A stretch of DNA of 50,920 nucleotides, from NCBI GenBank assembly GCA_018398765.1, contig JAHBMJ010000311.1, positions 1-50,920 on the forward strand. Reading direction: 5' to 3'. Shown here in pieces: positions 1 to 11,940 of this stretch. The translations under genes and the position numbers were made by a program. Below the pieces are notes generated by a model. The model did no database searches. It saw nothing but the letters and a program-made list of their open reading frames with translations, and was not told the DNA's origin. How positions within the stretch are numbered: the first letter of the stretch is position 1; every line of letters starts with the position of its first letter. This DNA is from Chromera velia (Eukaryota).

Positions 1-1
1 G

Positions 2-520
2 ATGATCAACGTAGCCCGTGCTGCCCTCGAGGCTGCCCAGTCCACATCAATCAGAGATGTCAACCGTCACCGCCGACCCACTGAGGCATTTAAAGTGGAG
101 GATTATGTCTTGATCCACCGTTCGTGGTGGGCCACTTCTGCCCGACCCGATGTGCCTGTGTACGCACAAAAGTTGGACGCCCTCTGGTTTGGGCCGTTTG
201 AAGTCACGAAGTTTGACAAATCGAAAGACAACCTAGAAGTTGCTCTGCCCGCAGGGAGTCGAAAGCACCCTGAAGTGCACACTTCCCTGTGCAAACCCTA
301 CCATTCCGAAGGACGTCGGGGACGCCCGCCAGTCCGTCAGCCTGCCTGGGCAGAAGAAGAGTACGAAGTCGAAAAAGTCCTTGCCGTCCGAGGCAGGGGA
401 CGAGGGAAACAGTTCTTGGTTCAGTGGGTGGGTTACGAAGAAAGTGAAGCCACCTGGGAGCTAGCCTCCAATCTGAAGAACGCGCGACAGAAGGTGAACG
501 AATTCTTAAGCCAGCATTAG
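2..520 (+). CDS. C-terminus of Ty3/Gypsy (chromovirus) Pol: integrase C-terminal GPF/Y region plus chromodomain (5' partial)
   Basis: [12 protein letters not shown]...[12 protein letters not shown] matches the Gypsy integrase GPF/Y module. [13 protein letters not shown]...[22 protein letters not shown] is a canonical chromodomain. Confidence 0.92.
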   Translation: MINVARAALEAAQSTSIRDVNRHRRPTEAFKVEDYVLIHRSWWATSARPDVPVYAQKLDALWFGPFEVTKFDKSKDNLEVALPAGSRKHPEVHTSLCKPYHSEGRRGRPPVRQPAWAEEEYEVEKVLAVRGRGRGKQFLVQWVGYEESEATWELASNLKNARQKVNEFLSQH

Positions 521-599
521 TCAGTTAAGTCCCAGGACCAGTTAACCGCAGAAAACAGACCCGTCAATGACTTTGCAAAGCACGTGGGGGCACACGCTC

Positions 600-866
600 A
601 AGAGAGGGGGGCACGTAGTATTATGAGGCGAGGCACGGGGCTGGCCAACCCCGGGCTGAGCCGAACTGGCGCGCCCTACCGCCGTTGGGACCCACACGGC
701 TCACAGCACACGTACGCAGGCTCATGGAGGCGCCGCCATGGCAGTCTGTATTGGAAGAGAAATAATATGCAGACGGGAGTAATTAACATACGACAAATAG
801 AATTAAATAGAAAAGCATGCATTTGTCCTATCAGACGTTGACTGTAAGAAAGCAAGCGCACTGTCA
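600..866 (+). mobile_element. Polypurine tract and probable 3' LTR of the chromovirus
   Basis: AAGAGAGGGGGG at about 600-611 lies just after the pol stop, followed by non-coding sequence starting CGTAGTA (possibly mutated TGTAGTA). The right end (…CTGTCA at 866) is a guess because the partner LTR is outside the window. Confidence 0.5.
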
Positions 867-917
867 GTTCTTCCGTAAGTAGGATGAGTCAAGTCTCTGA
901 ACTAAGCTAGAACTAGC

Positions 918-1751
918 TTAGGAGGTGGGGAACCAAGCTTCCCTACGGACAGTAGCCATGTCCACCTTCTTTCCATGCCCAGACCTGCGGGAACGATGGC
1001 GGCGTCGGCGTCTGGAGTGACTTGAGACAGAACTGCCTGAGTCGGAGGAAGAAGACGAGGGATCCAAAGGAGACGGCGACTTCTCAGTTGAATGTGCTGG
1101 CCCCTCTGCAGGCATAAAAGGCGCACAATCCGAGAATGCAGGAGGTTGCAAGAGTCTGGGAGGCGGTGACAAGCCTCCTCGCACCATTGAAGTGTATGCG
1201 GGGAGTCCTCCTGAAGAGGGAGCAGGGAGATCACCCAAGGGAGGACGAATTGGGAGGAACACCTCCGAGATGACTCCAGCCTGAACAAAATCTCCTACTC
1301 CAAACTGGTTGGGCAGGGGACGATCTTCATGCTCGGTATCAGTCTGTCCTACTACATGTGGGCGTCGAGCTCCACCCGCCTTTCCAGAAAGGTATCTCAA
1401 AAGAGAAAGGATCTCTGCCTGGCCCTCACGTAAGGCAACCACTTCTTGCTCAACCGAAGCAAGACGTGTCCCGTGAGCCATAGCGACCAGAAAAAAGAAG
1501 CAGTGCACTCAAAACACAATCAAGTCTGACCACTGATTGATAAAGATTCTGTTATACTTTCAGGTTCATAGGAGAGGCCGTCTGTCTTGGCTTTAGCCAG
1601 AGATATACGCTACGATGGATCGATCAGTTTCTGCATGCTTTGCTATGTATTGCTACATTACAACTTTGCATCTCTGTGCATCACGTCTCTCTATGCGCGC
1701 ACGGCCTACTGCCAACGGCCCCGGAAAGCGGCCCAGGGAGAAATCCCAACA
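918..1751 (-). mobile_element. 5' end of a second LTR retrotransposon: 218-bp LTR (1751-1534), PBS-like site, start of a gag-like ORF
   Basis: Minus strand reads TGTTGGG...ATCAATCA (TG...CA), then G-TGGTCAGAC (TGG = PBS-like), then ORF MAHGTRLASVEQEVVALREGQAEILSLL... The LTR edge at 1751 is where similarity to the 11505-12262 repeat begins. Confidence 0.6.
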
Positions 1752-2467
1752 GGGGCTCTTTATGCAATAGAATATACGAAAGGGCGAATTATGAAATGGA
1801 CCCGTCCTTTCAAGAAAATCCAAGTATGGGGCGCATTCATAGGAAGGAAGGAGATGGAGAAGCTAGAAGAAGAGACCATGAGAGGTCTCGTTTTTACCTA
1901 TGGGTCCGAGTGGAAGACTCGGATGGTCGATGAGGACGGAACATGGCTCTATGGATTGCTTCTATTGTGGGCGTACGTATGTGGGCGCTGTTTTCGTTGT
2001 GGGGGGTATGTGAAAGAGTATGGTGGTGCAAGAAGTTGTTCGGTTGCTCTTTTCCCTTTGCCTCCCCGTAGAGGCGTTGGACGGACTTGCAATGCATGTA
2101 ACATCTGCCGAAGAGACCCTAGAAACGTTAGGTACCTGCAGGATGGTCAGTGCACTGCCCGTGCAGAAGCTCGTACGGAGACTTAATTTAGAAAATAAAA
2201 GACATTTGAATGTTTTTATACTTTTTGTGGGTCATTACTAACTTCTCTATTTAAAATAAAATTTATACCTGTGTGGCTGATTTCTATCTATTTTTTTAGA
2301 GATTTGTTGTTTTTTTCTCTATAGAAAGTCCCTACGATGTCTATTTATGATTGAGATTACCTATAGAAATGTAATAGTAAAATATATAGCAGTAATAGTG
2401 AAATGCTACTTTAAAATAAGAACATACTTAGACAGAAGAATCATATATGCTATCTATAAATCAATCA
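1752..2467 (+). repeat. Direct repeat A, copy 1 (3' part of Cys-rich/GIY-YIG-like ORF plus AT-rich 3' flank)
   Basis: Aligns colinearly with 11505-12262 from GGGGCTCTTTATGCAATAGAATAT to CTATAAATCAATCA. The frame is open to a stop at 2186. Confidence 0.95.
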
Positions 2468-2518
2468 CCCCCCTTTTACAAGAGAAAAGAAAATAAAATC
2501 AATTTTTTTACGTTTTTT

Positions 2519-3637
2519 TCACCCGATTTGTTCATTCCATCGATCACCCAGCCTTTTCCCTCCAGTTTGAACTACACGTTGCATTCGCATCACCCATTTT
2601 TGAGACAGTCTATCATGCCAACGAGCAGCAGTGCCAGAATTGTTGAATTCCTGCACAGCATCCCGAATCGCTTTTCGAAGAACAGGAATTGATGTGTATT
2701 GCTTTCCATTGCGATACACACGGTTGCTTATGTCCCCATTCACCTTTTCTGTAAGATTGAGGTCTGCAGAGTTTGGAGGGGTATCCAAAGTATTGACATG
2801 TTGTGAAATGATGGCATCTTGTACATCGTCTGTTCTGTGTACAGACCAGTTGTCATCATAAAGGAAATCAGCTTCACTCCTGGGGAACTCTGAATCAATT
2901 GTTCGTCCATATTCTTCTCCATCAACGGTCTTACCACATGGCCAAATAAAAGACGTAAGGGATTGAGCGGTAAGACAAAACCATACAAGCAAACTCCGCC
3001 CCCCATACCGCCGTTGCTCTCTTTCTGGCTTGTCAGTTAAACGCCATCCCCGTCCCTTGGTGGGTCCATCCAGGGTAAAAAACTTTTCATCTGCAAAAGC
3101 AACCTTCTTTCGATTGATAGGGTTCACTACAGACCGAGGCTTCTGGATTCTCACCAGAAGTTCTTTACATTTTGTCACCCGTTTTTCTTTTTGTTCTGGT
3201 GTCAACTCTCGCAGCTTTTTTTGGTCCCTCCGCTCTGTATGAAGGTTGTTCCGAATGCCTTTGACTCCTTTCCTTAGAAACCGAAAGAAGCTGGCACGTG
3301 AAACTGCGTTTCCAACTGTGGCCGCCTTCAATTCATCACCTCCTTTGTCTTCTGACCTAAGATTTGAACGAATTCTTCTTTGTATGCGTGATTCTGGATT
3401 CTCTGAAAGAAAAGGGCTGCGAAAACCTCTAAACTTCTTTGTATGTCCTGGTCCTTGACAAGCTTCATCAAGTGTAGCATAGCTACAGACTTTGGTAACT
3501 GTCTGCCGACAGACCTTGAAGGGGTCTTCATACCGTTCTCCACAAAACTTAATAACGTTTTTTACTGAACGTCCTTCTTTGCGCAAACTACGTATCAATG
3601 CTTTTTGATGTCGAAGCAAGTGCTGACCTGATACCAT
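2519..3637 (-). CDS. Tc1/mariner (IS630-Tc1-mariner) DD34E transposase, 372 aa
   Basis: VAFADEKFF (D1), SLLVWFCL, FLYDDNWSVH (D2), PPNSADLNLTE (E), with 34 residues between D2 and E. Basic HTH-like N-terminus. Uninterrupted ORF. Confidence 0.93.
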   Translation of the reverse strand: MVSGQHLLRHQKALIRSLRKEGRSVKNVIKFCGERYEDPFKVCRQTVTKVCSYATLDEACQGPGHTKKFRGFRSPFLSENPESRIQRRIRSNLRSEDKGGDELKAATVGNAVSRASFFRFLRKGVKGIRNNLHTERRDQKKLRELTPEQKEKRVTKCKELLVRIQKPRSVVNPINRKKVAFADEKFFTLDGPTKGRGWRLTDKPEREQRRYGGRSLLVWFCLTAQSLTSFIWPCGKTVDGEEYGRTIDSEFPRSEADFLYDDNWSVHRTDDVQDAIISQHVNTLDTPPNSADLNLTEKVNGDISNRVYRNGKQYTSIPVLRKAIRDAVQEFNNSGTAARWHDRLSQKWVMRMQRVVQTGGKRLGDRWNEQIG

Positions 3638-4210
3638 GGCTTCAACCTGTGAAACAGCCAGATAAGTCTAAGAAAGATCATCTTTTTATGCAGGAACAAT
3701 GGGAGGGAGGGAGGGAGGCACATCAGAGGGGAGAGCAGAGGAAGACGACGATGAAGACGACGCCTGCGCCTCCGTGCTTGAAATCTCTTAGTGTTCCTCT
3801 TAAAGGTGTATCTGAGACTCAGTCGAGAAGCTTCTCGTAGTAGGTAATCTCACTTATAAAGCGATATTTTTGAGCTTGGATCGGATAGCCTGACTGTAGA
3901 TAAATGGCTGCCTGACCTGGCCATATGTGCATATGCGTGCATCATAGAACGTTGTACGTGTATGCAGTTATACAGATACCAATCTCTTGCCGCCGTCTCT
4001 CTCTGTTCTCTTCTTCTTCCCCACCAATCTCAAATAAAAAGTGGCAGAAAATCTATGACATTCAAAACGAAGACCAGATCTGAGATCATGATAATTTTCC
4101 GATGCGATTGGTGCTGTTTTCAGGCTAAAATGGCGATATTTTTTGTCTTTTCATTTCTGTTTGGCGTGTAGAAAAGCCTGAAGCAGGGGGGTGGCTATGC
4201 TGCCAGATAA

Positions 4211-4517
4211 AAAGAGCTAAACACTGCTTTTCTAGGGGCGCCTTTGCCTGTGAGCGCACACAGCACTTATAGGTGTTCGTTTTCAGAAGGTGTGTGAAGC
4301 AAGGCTACTTCACTTCCAACTATTAATCAAGTCTCTGTCTTATCTGACTCCATCATTCTGTATCGTCGAATTACTGTTTACATGCATTTACGTACATGCA
4401 CTTAATTCTGTATGCATTGATCTGCAAGATGCGTACATGCTCGGTCATGGCTCTCTGGAGGCGCGCTGTGTGGCGGGACCGGTTGGCCGGTGCCGGCCCG
4501 CTTGCACATTCTGCTCA
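4211..4517 (-). repeat. Copia 3' LTR
   Basis: Same length as 10131-10437 (offset 5920), with 14 substitutions by manual count. PPT adjacent at 4518-4530. Confidence 0.95.
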
Positions 4518-4585
4518 CCTCCCTATCTTGCAAAGATCTATTTCTTTCTTCTGTCATCCTTGTTCTGTCATTTGTTCTTCTCTGC

Positions 4586-7500
4586 TTATGAAAATTCCTT
4601 CCCAGGCCAACATGGCTTAGTCAGCGCGTTGGCCATCTGGACCTCTCTCTTGCACCAAGTCACTGACCCTCTGGTCCGTCCGAGTTCCTGTATGATGAAA
4701 TCAAACATCCCCTATAAGGTACCATCTGCTGCTATACCCGTCCTCAACTGTTCAAAGAATGGGTTACAATCAGTAAAGAATTGTACTTTCGGTTCCTGAC
4801 CCCACAGGTGGGTTGCGAGTGTCTTCAAACGGGGAAGATGCTTGATGACACTTTCGAAGCTAGTTGCTTCTGCTGCTGTGCTACTCCCATGTTTATGGTT
4901 GTGGCGTTTAGTGTGCCATGCTATGATGTTCTGCCATGGGTTGGCTTCCTGCATTGCTGTCTCTGGAGTCCATCCTTCTTTAACCAAGAATATTAGCCAA
5001 CCCAACCTTCCACTGTAGGTCGTTCGGGAGTAGGAGCTGTCACCTAGCACAGCTAGTATGACTCTCTTGAATCGTTTCAGTGCCTGCAGACAGATCGGTT
5101 CTTTTTTCTCCTTTAGCATTTGTAGGACCCTCACTGCTGCTCTGATAACTCTCCTACATGGTCGGGTGGAGTGGTAACTGAGCTCATCTGCCCAGACACG
5201 TCTGGAGGGTCGTGTGCGCACTATCCAATGCAACACACCATTGATACTCCACATGAGTGGCTCTAATCCCCCCTCCTTCTCCATTTCGGTTGCGGGTTCA
5301 AGTTCTGTGGCTTTCACTTCCCCCTTCTTTCTCTTTTCTCCGATCGTTCTCCAAAGGGCATCTGTGTTGACCCCCCTGCTATATGAGTTCTGAGACACCT
5401 CCACTGTCTCATTGAAGAAAGAGAAGTCCATGCCGGCATATTTGATGCTGGCATCAGAGGGAAGTTCGGAGAGGTGTCCCTATTTAAACCTGCTTGTGAG
5501 GAATGCAATTTCTTCTGCGGTCTCTTTCCTACCCCTCCTTGTCCCGAATACATCATCAATCCAATTGATTTGGACACCCACAGTGGGCTCACTTGCCTCA
5601 CCTCTTTTGACTGCCACTCCCGTCTCTACTCGTTCGTATCCTGCCTCACCCTGGACTCCTGCAAGGCTTTTGTCAAAGATGTTGCCTGAGCAGGGCATCC
5701 CGTAGAGTCCCTTTTCCACCAATCGAAGCTCCCCCGGCTTGATTTCGAGGGCTGCTTTTCTAAGGGTCTCGTAGTCTCTGTCGTTCATGTCTTCGTATGG
5801 GTTTTTAGCTGGAATGTGCGGCAGCCAATCGGGAATGATGACTGCGGCTCTCTTCTTATTCTTGTCAGGGGCAGTGAAGAATGCTCCAGAGATGTCCCCC
5901 GCAAAACGAAAGAGACAGAAAGTTAAAGAAAAATGTAGAACATAAGAATTGCCCAGACAGAAGGTGTTCCCACATAAGTGTCAACCGCTCTTTTGTCTGT
6001 GAAACCCTTTCCAAAGCATCTTGCTTTTAGCTTTCTGTTCTCTAGCCTTGTCTGTCTCGGTTTGTTCTCTTTCATCCTTCCTTTCTTGCCCTTATACTTG
6101 CGAGGCTGCTGCGCCTCTCTGTCTCCCTGAGAACCGTCTGCCTATCATTTTGACTGCCGATCAATTCCTGCCTTCTCTTCCTTCTGCCTGTTCTCTTCCT
6201 TTTCTTTCTCTGCCTGCTTGGTTTCTTTCTCTTTCCAAAGGAGTCTCCAACCCATGCGCATAACAGAGTCCACTTCCTTTCTGTCGACCACCCTACCCAG
6301 CACCCCCTTACCTATAATGTTTTTCAGCCACTCGTCTCTGCATGCCTCATTGAAATCTCCCCTCTCGACCTCTTCCGGAAGTGTAGGGGTTTGCATGGAT
6401 CCCTGCTTGAAGTCATCAGGGACTGTGATAGGATGCTCGGGGTCCGGTCCTAGGTAGAAGCAGTCGTGGGGAGGAGCAAGAAAGAAGACGTTGTCTGCAG
6501 GAGGCTCATCTCCAAGGTCTGCCTCCGGAGGCCCCCCATCCTGTTCCTGTTTGTTGTTTCCACCCAACTGCCCTCCTGTCAGGGCATCGGATGCGAGGAA
6601 GTTCTCTCCGAAGAGAGAATCCTCATCATCACTGTGTTTCGGTTCGTGGTCTCTCCCATCAGGTGACTCGTCCCTTCCCTCTCTATCTCTATCTCCCTCT
6701 CCCTGAGCAGGTGCTTGATTGTTCATACACCTCCCCGCCTGCAATAGGAGAGGGGATGAAATCTGTGTTTCGATTGCAGAAGGAATACGACCCCCTACAA
6801 TCTCAAAATAACGTAGCACATCTGCTTTATGCACATTCGAGGAGATGCCGGAAAAATTCTAGGTGCCATCTGGCTGCTTTGACAGTGAGGAGACGGAGAC
6901 GGTCCGTTTGAATGCCTTTCTAGTCATGGCCATGAGGACCAGCTGGTTGTTCCTTCCCTACACAAGGATGCCTGTGTAGCGTTCCTGTAAAGCTGGTGGC
7001 ACATCAGCCCCATGCTGCTCTGGGATTGCTGCCTGTCCATCGGCTTGCTGCACCCCCCCACCAGAGGCGTGACCATGCACCCCCTCATTGGATACATCTC
7101 CTTAGACAGGGAGGGCGGAAAGGAAATCATTCTGGAAGGACTCTTCAGAAGAAGGGCGAATGGCGTAGGGCTGCTGCTGTTGTGATTCGTTACTCTCGCG
7201 GACCTATTCAGGCCCCCCCCAACATGCCACAATACCCCTCTTCACTGGTTTGACATAGTGGGGATGCGTGTGAATGATGTCCCACACGTCACGGTGCGGT
7301 TGCTTTTGAGTCACGACAGTAAGGTTTTTGTTCTTCTCATAGAGCTACACAACCTCGCTGCCTGGAAGTTCGATTCCACTCTCTGTAGTTCGCAACACAC
7401 CCATATCTCTGCAGAGAAAATGGTAGGGAGGGTCAGAGCCGAAGGTTTTCTTCCATTGGGAGGTGCGAAGCACCTTGCTGTATGTCTTAGCTCTGGTGAT

Positions 7501-10072
7501 ACTGATCCCTCTGGCCATATGACCCCAGAGGGATTTGGGGCATGAACTAAACCAGTGCTTCCATTCAGCCCGGAAAGCACCAAGCTCTGCTCTTGCATGC
7601 CTGTTTTTCCCCTCCACAAAACCTAGAGCTCCTTTGATTCCGGACAGATGGTCCAAAAATCTCATTCCCCTTCGCTCTGCAAACGTTCCAAACTCCCCCC
7701 CTCGGAATTCAGGTGCATCGTCGCAACGGATGCATGCTGCTACTGTCTTTGGCCCTTCTTTTTGGAATTGTACTCCCCTAAACGACTCAACAAAGTCGAT
7801 ATGCTCTTTGAACCCCTCGATGGACTGGTTTCGTGACCTGAGGGGGTAGTCAAGGTTAAGTCCCTCCCACTCATCAATCACCCGCATGCAGCATTTGTGA
7901 GGCCCTGCCACCTCATCATCATTGGGAAACCAGTGATCAATCTGCATGATGTCGAAGAGCCCACCCGCATCCTCATATCGGGTGGGTACTGGAGCTAGGG
8001 TGGGGATGGTTGCGTTTTTGAGGGGACACAGTCAGCACTCTGTCTCAAGCCTCTTCCAGTCTTCACTCTTTGTCTGCATCCCCCTGCAGGCCAGTATGGG
8101 CTCTAGCTTGTCTCTGCTCACGTGCCCAAATCTCCTGTGTTCTGCCCTCAGTTCCTCGAACCCGATGGTGTGCAACCCCACAGCCCACACGCTCCCCTTG
8201 TCTCTCATTGCTGCTGCTACTTCGTCAGTACGGGGAACAATAATGTCTGTGAATGGAAGGTTTGTTGTGCGTCAACGAGGATCTCCGCTAAGAACCCCCT
8301 GGCGTCCCTCACGACCATATATGATTCCTTCCCCTCTTTCCATAAAATCGTCTCCCCCTCAGCATCATCCTGTCTCATCAAATATGGCACTGGGTCGTGC
8401 GTCAGATAGACCATGACAAAAAGGACTTGCCAGCCTACCCTTCTGACTTTGCATTTCTGTGCGATGCATGCGAGACGGGAGATTCGGATCTTCTTTTCTG
8501 CCTTTTTGTGCGTAAGGCCAAAAGACATGTCAGACTGCCTACTCTAGACAACCATTCCCCCTAGCTCTCTCTCCCATCCTATAGGTGCCATGGTGTATGA
8601 GTCGATATGCATCCGATGGTGTGCAGCAGGTCTGTGTTGACTGACCGATACTGACTTGTCTGGGGGTCTCGCGTCATCTCCAGTGGAGTCTACCATGTAG
8701 GCGTGGTGCTCCTTCACGTCGACAAAGAATGGTTGGGGCGCACCATCCCTCATCCGGAATGTTGTGTGTGATGTCTGTCGAATTCCTCCCTCCGCACCCT
8801 GCCAATACCAGAGAGACAGAGAGAAGGGAGATGAGTGAGGAAGCACAAATATGCACATATTATTTCGAAAACACTCAAGAAGGTGGCCTGCCTTCTGAGA
8901 ACCTTTTCCAGACTGGGAATGATGTCCCGCAAGTTTGCTGACCTCATATTGGTCAGGTGTGCACCCTTGACCATTCTTCTTATGTTAAGCGTAGTAGGCT
9001 GCTTTGCCATCGAATCGTCCGGGGCTACCACCTCGAGCAGCTTGCATCCCTCCACGTCCCCTCTGTGAATGGGGGCGTCCTCTACCTCTGGAGTTGGATG
9101 TGGATGCTTGGGGGGTGTTTGCACTGTCCCCCTTCTTCCTACACATACGTGGCCTGTGTCCGTATTTCCCACAGATCTCGCACGTGTGCGTCTTCCCCGG
9201 ACAATCATTCTTCTCAAGCCATTCTGGGTCATGCCCCCCTGCCCTGCCACACTTTGAGCAATCGTTTGGGTTTATTTCTTGGCCTCTCTCTTGCCCCCCA
9301 TGACCTCCTCCTCGACTTGCCCCTGAACTGCCTCTTCCCCGCCCTCTGCTTTTATTCTTCCCCCTCGGAGGGAACCCAGCGCCACCGATAAAGGCAACCT
9401 CCTGCTTGACGACTGCGACTTTCTTCATCTGAGTGATATTGTTGGTGGTGGCGGTCTGCCAGGCAGGCGGACCTCCTGCTGGTTCCGTGATAATGTTGGT
9501 TTGTGTCTTACCTGTGAGCTTTTTTGCCTCCGCAATCAATTTCCGTAGTCGGACAGATCGTTTTCATCCCAAGCTGTCCCCAACATCCTCTGGTTATAGG
9601 CAGGGAAACAGGCAAACATAACTTCCCCTCTCAGGGAATCAGGAACGTCCTTCTCTCCCTTTAAGTCCTTCATCTCCTTCTCCAGTACCTCGAAAAAGTC
9701 GACAAGAAGTTGAAACGATACGAAATCTCGGCCGTTATCCGCAAGTATATGCCATTCACGCGTATTCTTTTTAGATTTGGCCTTCGCAGTTTCTTTAAGA
9801 AGCTGTTTGATTTTGTCTAAAAGGGCGTCCCTATACTTGACCCAATCTATCTTAAGGGTGCTAGCATTGCGGAACGTCGTGTTATGGGAATCATTCTTTT
9901 GATCAAAAAGATGTTGGATGGACTTTCCAACAATTGGATGCTTATGAGTTGCCAAGTAAATTTTGCTTGCCTGCCATTGTACAATATTCTTATCAGAGGC
10001 ACCGAAAAGCTTTTCTACCCCTTCTGTTTTCGATACACACTGATCCCACCAGGGCTTGAAGACCTGGTCATT
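4586..10072 (-). pseudogene. Copia gag-pol, broken by stops and frameshifts
   Basis: Zinc knuckle CEICGKYGHRPRMC (8985-9539). Integrase QIDHW...IRCDDAPEF...GFVEGKNR (7345-7947). RT LKARCFGKGF, DISGAFF, KGLYGMPCSG, WIDD (5480-6030). RNase H GDSSY...IIAWHTKR...SSTAAE...FTDC...QMANALTK (4586-5050). Start position approximate. Confidence 0.9.
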
Positions 10073-10130
10073 CTGTAGAACCGGAAACGGCGATCCCGAC
10101 TCACTCCTTCTCTTGCTGGGTTGTTACCAA

Positions 10131-10437
10131 AAAGAGCTAGACACTGCTTATCCACGGGCGCCTTTGCCCGTGAGCGCACACAGCACTTATAGGTATTCGT
10201 TTTCAGAAGGTGTGTGAAGCAAGGCTACTTCACTTCCAACCATTAATCAAGTCTCTGTCTTATCTGACTCCATCATTCTGTATCGTCGAATTACTGTTTA
10301 TATGCAGTTACGTACATACAATTAATTCTGTATGCATTGATCTGCAAGATGCGTACGTGCTCGGTCATAGCTCTCTGGAGGCGCGCTGTGTGGCGGGACC
10401 GGTTGGCCGGTGCCGGCCCGCTTGCACGTTCTGCTCA
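10131..10437 (-). repeat. Copia 5' LTR
   Basis: Starts TGAGCAG on the minus strand, matches 4211-4517, and is followed by the PBS TGGTAAC. Confidence 0.95.
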
Positions 10438-10441
10438 GATG

Positions 10442-11940
10442 ATGGCTCGTCCTCTGCCTCCTTTTCTCTCACGGTTTGCCCTGTTCAGACAGACAAACTA
10501 CTATAATAGATGCCCTGCATACTCTAGGGTAATCTGGGTAAATGCTATTAAAATACTAGATATTTATTTTTTGTAAAAAAAAAATACTAGGCATTATTTT
10601 AGCAAACTAAAAAAAATGCTATAGAATTTTCTTAGTATATCTCATAGTAACATCTAAAATAATACAACAATAGAAGATAAAATTGTTTTAAACTGATTGT
10701 TTAGAGTAATATAAGCTTGATTAAATAAATATATAGATCGATGCTAACTTCTGAAAAGTTCATGACGAGATTGCTGTCTGATCGATGTCTCAGGTCATGC
10801 ATACCCATATATCTCTGCATTATAAGTCAATTTACTTCTATTGTTAAAAGAATGAATTGCTGAAACAGTACTAATCTTGATACTATAAAAATGCTAGGCA
10901 TTTTTTATTTTTACTATAATATATGCTCTAACATGATTTTAGAAATACTAAGCACCTATAGTGTAACATGCCCTAACTGCCCTAGTGTTTCCCTAGTAAA
11001 TTATATTTAAATGCTAGTACAATTTTAGTATTTACCTAGTAGTTTGTCTGTCCAAACACAGCAAACCGTGCTATAAAAGTTGGCAGCAGGTAAGTACAGG
11101 AACATATGACTGGGTAGAGAGGGAAGAAGTTGAACGTGTATTAAGAGAAAGAGATGTAGAAGTGGGAAGCCATAAGGTAGTCCAAGACGATCACGTAAAT
11201 TATGTATTGCTGGGAGTGACGTCGCCTGGAAAAACTCTCCGGATATGGTGTGGAACGGAAACAGCAGGCCCACGGAATGGAGGAAAGAAAACTAAACAGA
11301 TTGCTGCTGCTCACGTGTTCGGTTTAGGAAAACTGAAAGGTTTTTTCTTTCATTTCTCGTCAGAGCCAGGGAAAGGGACGCCGTGGCTGTCTTGTTTAGA
11401 CAGAAGCAGCATGAGAGTGTATCTAGGAGTATATATTGTAGATGTTGTAAAATCACAGACGTTCTCGGACACGGTTCTCATACAAAGTGGAAGCTGATTT
11501 CACAGGGGCTCTTTATGCAATAGAATATGCAAGAGGGCAGATTATGAAATGGACCCGTCCTTTCAAGAAAATTCACGTACGGGGCGTATTCATGGGAAGG
11601 GGGGAAATGGAGAAGCTAGAAGAAGAGACTATGAGAGGTCTCATTTTTACCTACGGGCCCGAGTGGAAAACTCGGATGGTCGATGAGGACGAAACATGGC
11701 TCTATAGATTGCCCCTGTTGTAGGCGCATGTGTGTGGCCACTGTTTTCGTTGTAGGGGGGTGTGTGAAAGAGTGTGGCGGTGCAAGAAGTTGTTCGGTTG
11801 CTCTTTTCCCTTTGCCTCCCTGTAGAGGCGTTGGACGGCCTTGCAATGCATGTGACATCTGCTGAAGAGACCCTAGAAACGTTAGGTACCTGCAGGATGG
11901 TCAGTGCACTGCCCGTGCAGAAGCTTGTGTGGAGACTTAA
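10442..11940 (+). pseudogene. Interrupted ORF of unknown function (degenerate GIY-YIG-like middle, Cys-rich C-terminus)
   Basis: With the MITE removed it reads MARPLPPFLYKSWQQVSTGTYDWVEREEVERVL...YLGVYIVDVVKS, shifts frame near 11460-11490 to ...GQIMKWTRPFKKI...EKLEEETMRGLIFTYG..., then CxxCxxC/CxxCxxC. The 3' half is intact in copy 1 (1752-2186). Confidence 0.6.
10470..11070. mobile_element. 601-bp non-autonomous DNA transposon (MITE) with about 33-bp imperfect TIRs, CAC termini and 2-bp CT TSD
   Basis: Left CACGGTTTGCCCTGTTCAGACAGACAAACTACT; right reverse complement CACGGTTTGCTGTGTTTGGACAGACAAACTACT. AT-rich non-coding interior. Removing the element plus one CT restores an open frame. Confidence 0.88.

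Larger units (their letters stand above)
4211..10437 (-). mobile_element. Full-length, decayed Ty1/Copia LTR retrotransposon
   Basis: Two 307-bp LTRs, PBS (TGGTAACAACC) after the 5' LTR, PPT (AAGATAGGGAGG) before the 3' LTR, near-perfect 5-bp TSD GATAA (4206-4210) / GATGA (10438-10442). Domain order gag-INT-RT-RNaseH. Confidence 0.95.

Noticed and set aside
1990..2186. Fanzor/TnpB-like C-terminus (EY..ARSCS...CNAC...RRD.RNV) next to a Tc1 transposase
   Set aside because: The resemblance is superficial. The reconstructed ORF has no RuvC-I DPG/DLG motif or NRDxNAAxN and seems too short. A profile search would settle it.
2466..4193. Candidate Tc1 TIRs (CACCCCCCT/AGGGGGGTG, or TACAAGAG.../...GGCGTGTA)
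   Set aside because: The first is only 9 bp with no TA TSD; the second is an A-rich partial match. Element ends could not be fixed.
4290..4799. ORFs 4290-4799 and 10210-10506
   Set aside because: Antisense read-through of the Copia LTRs; their similarity reflects the LTR duplication.
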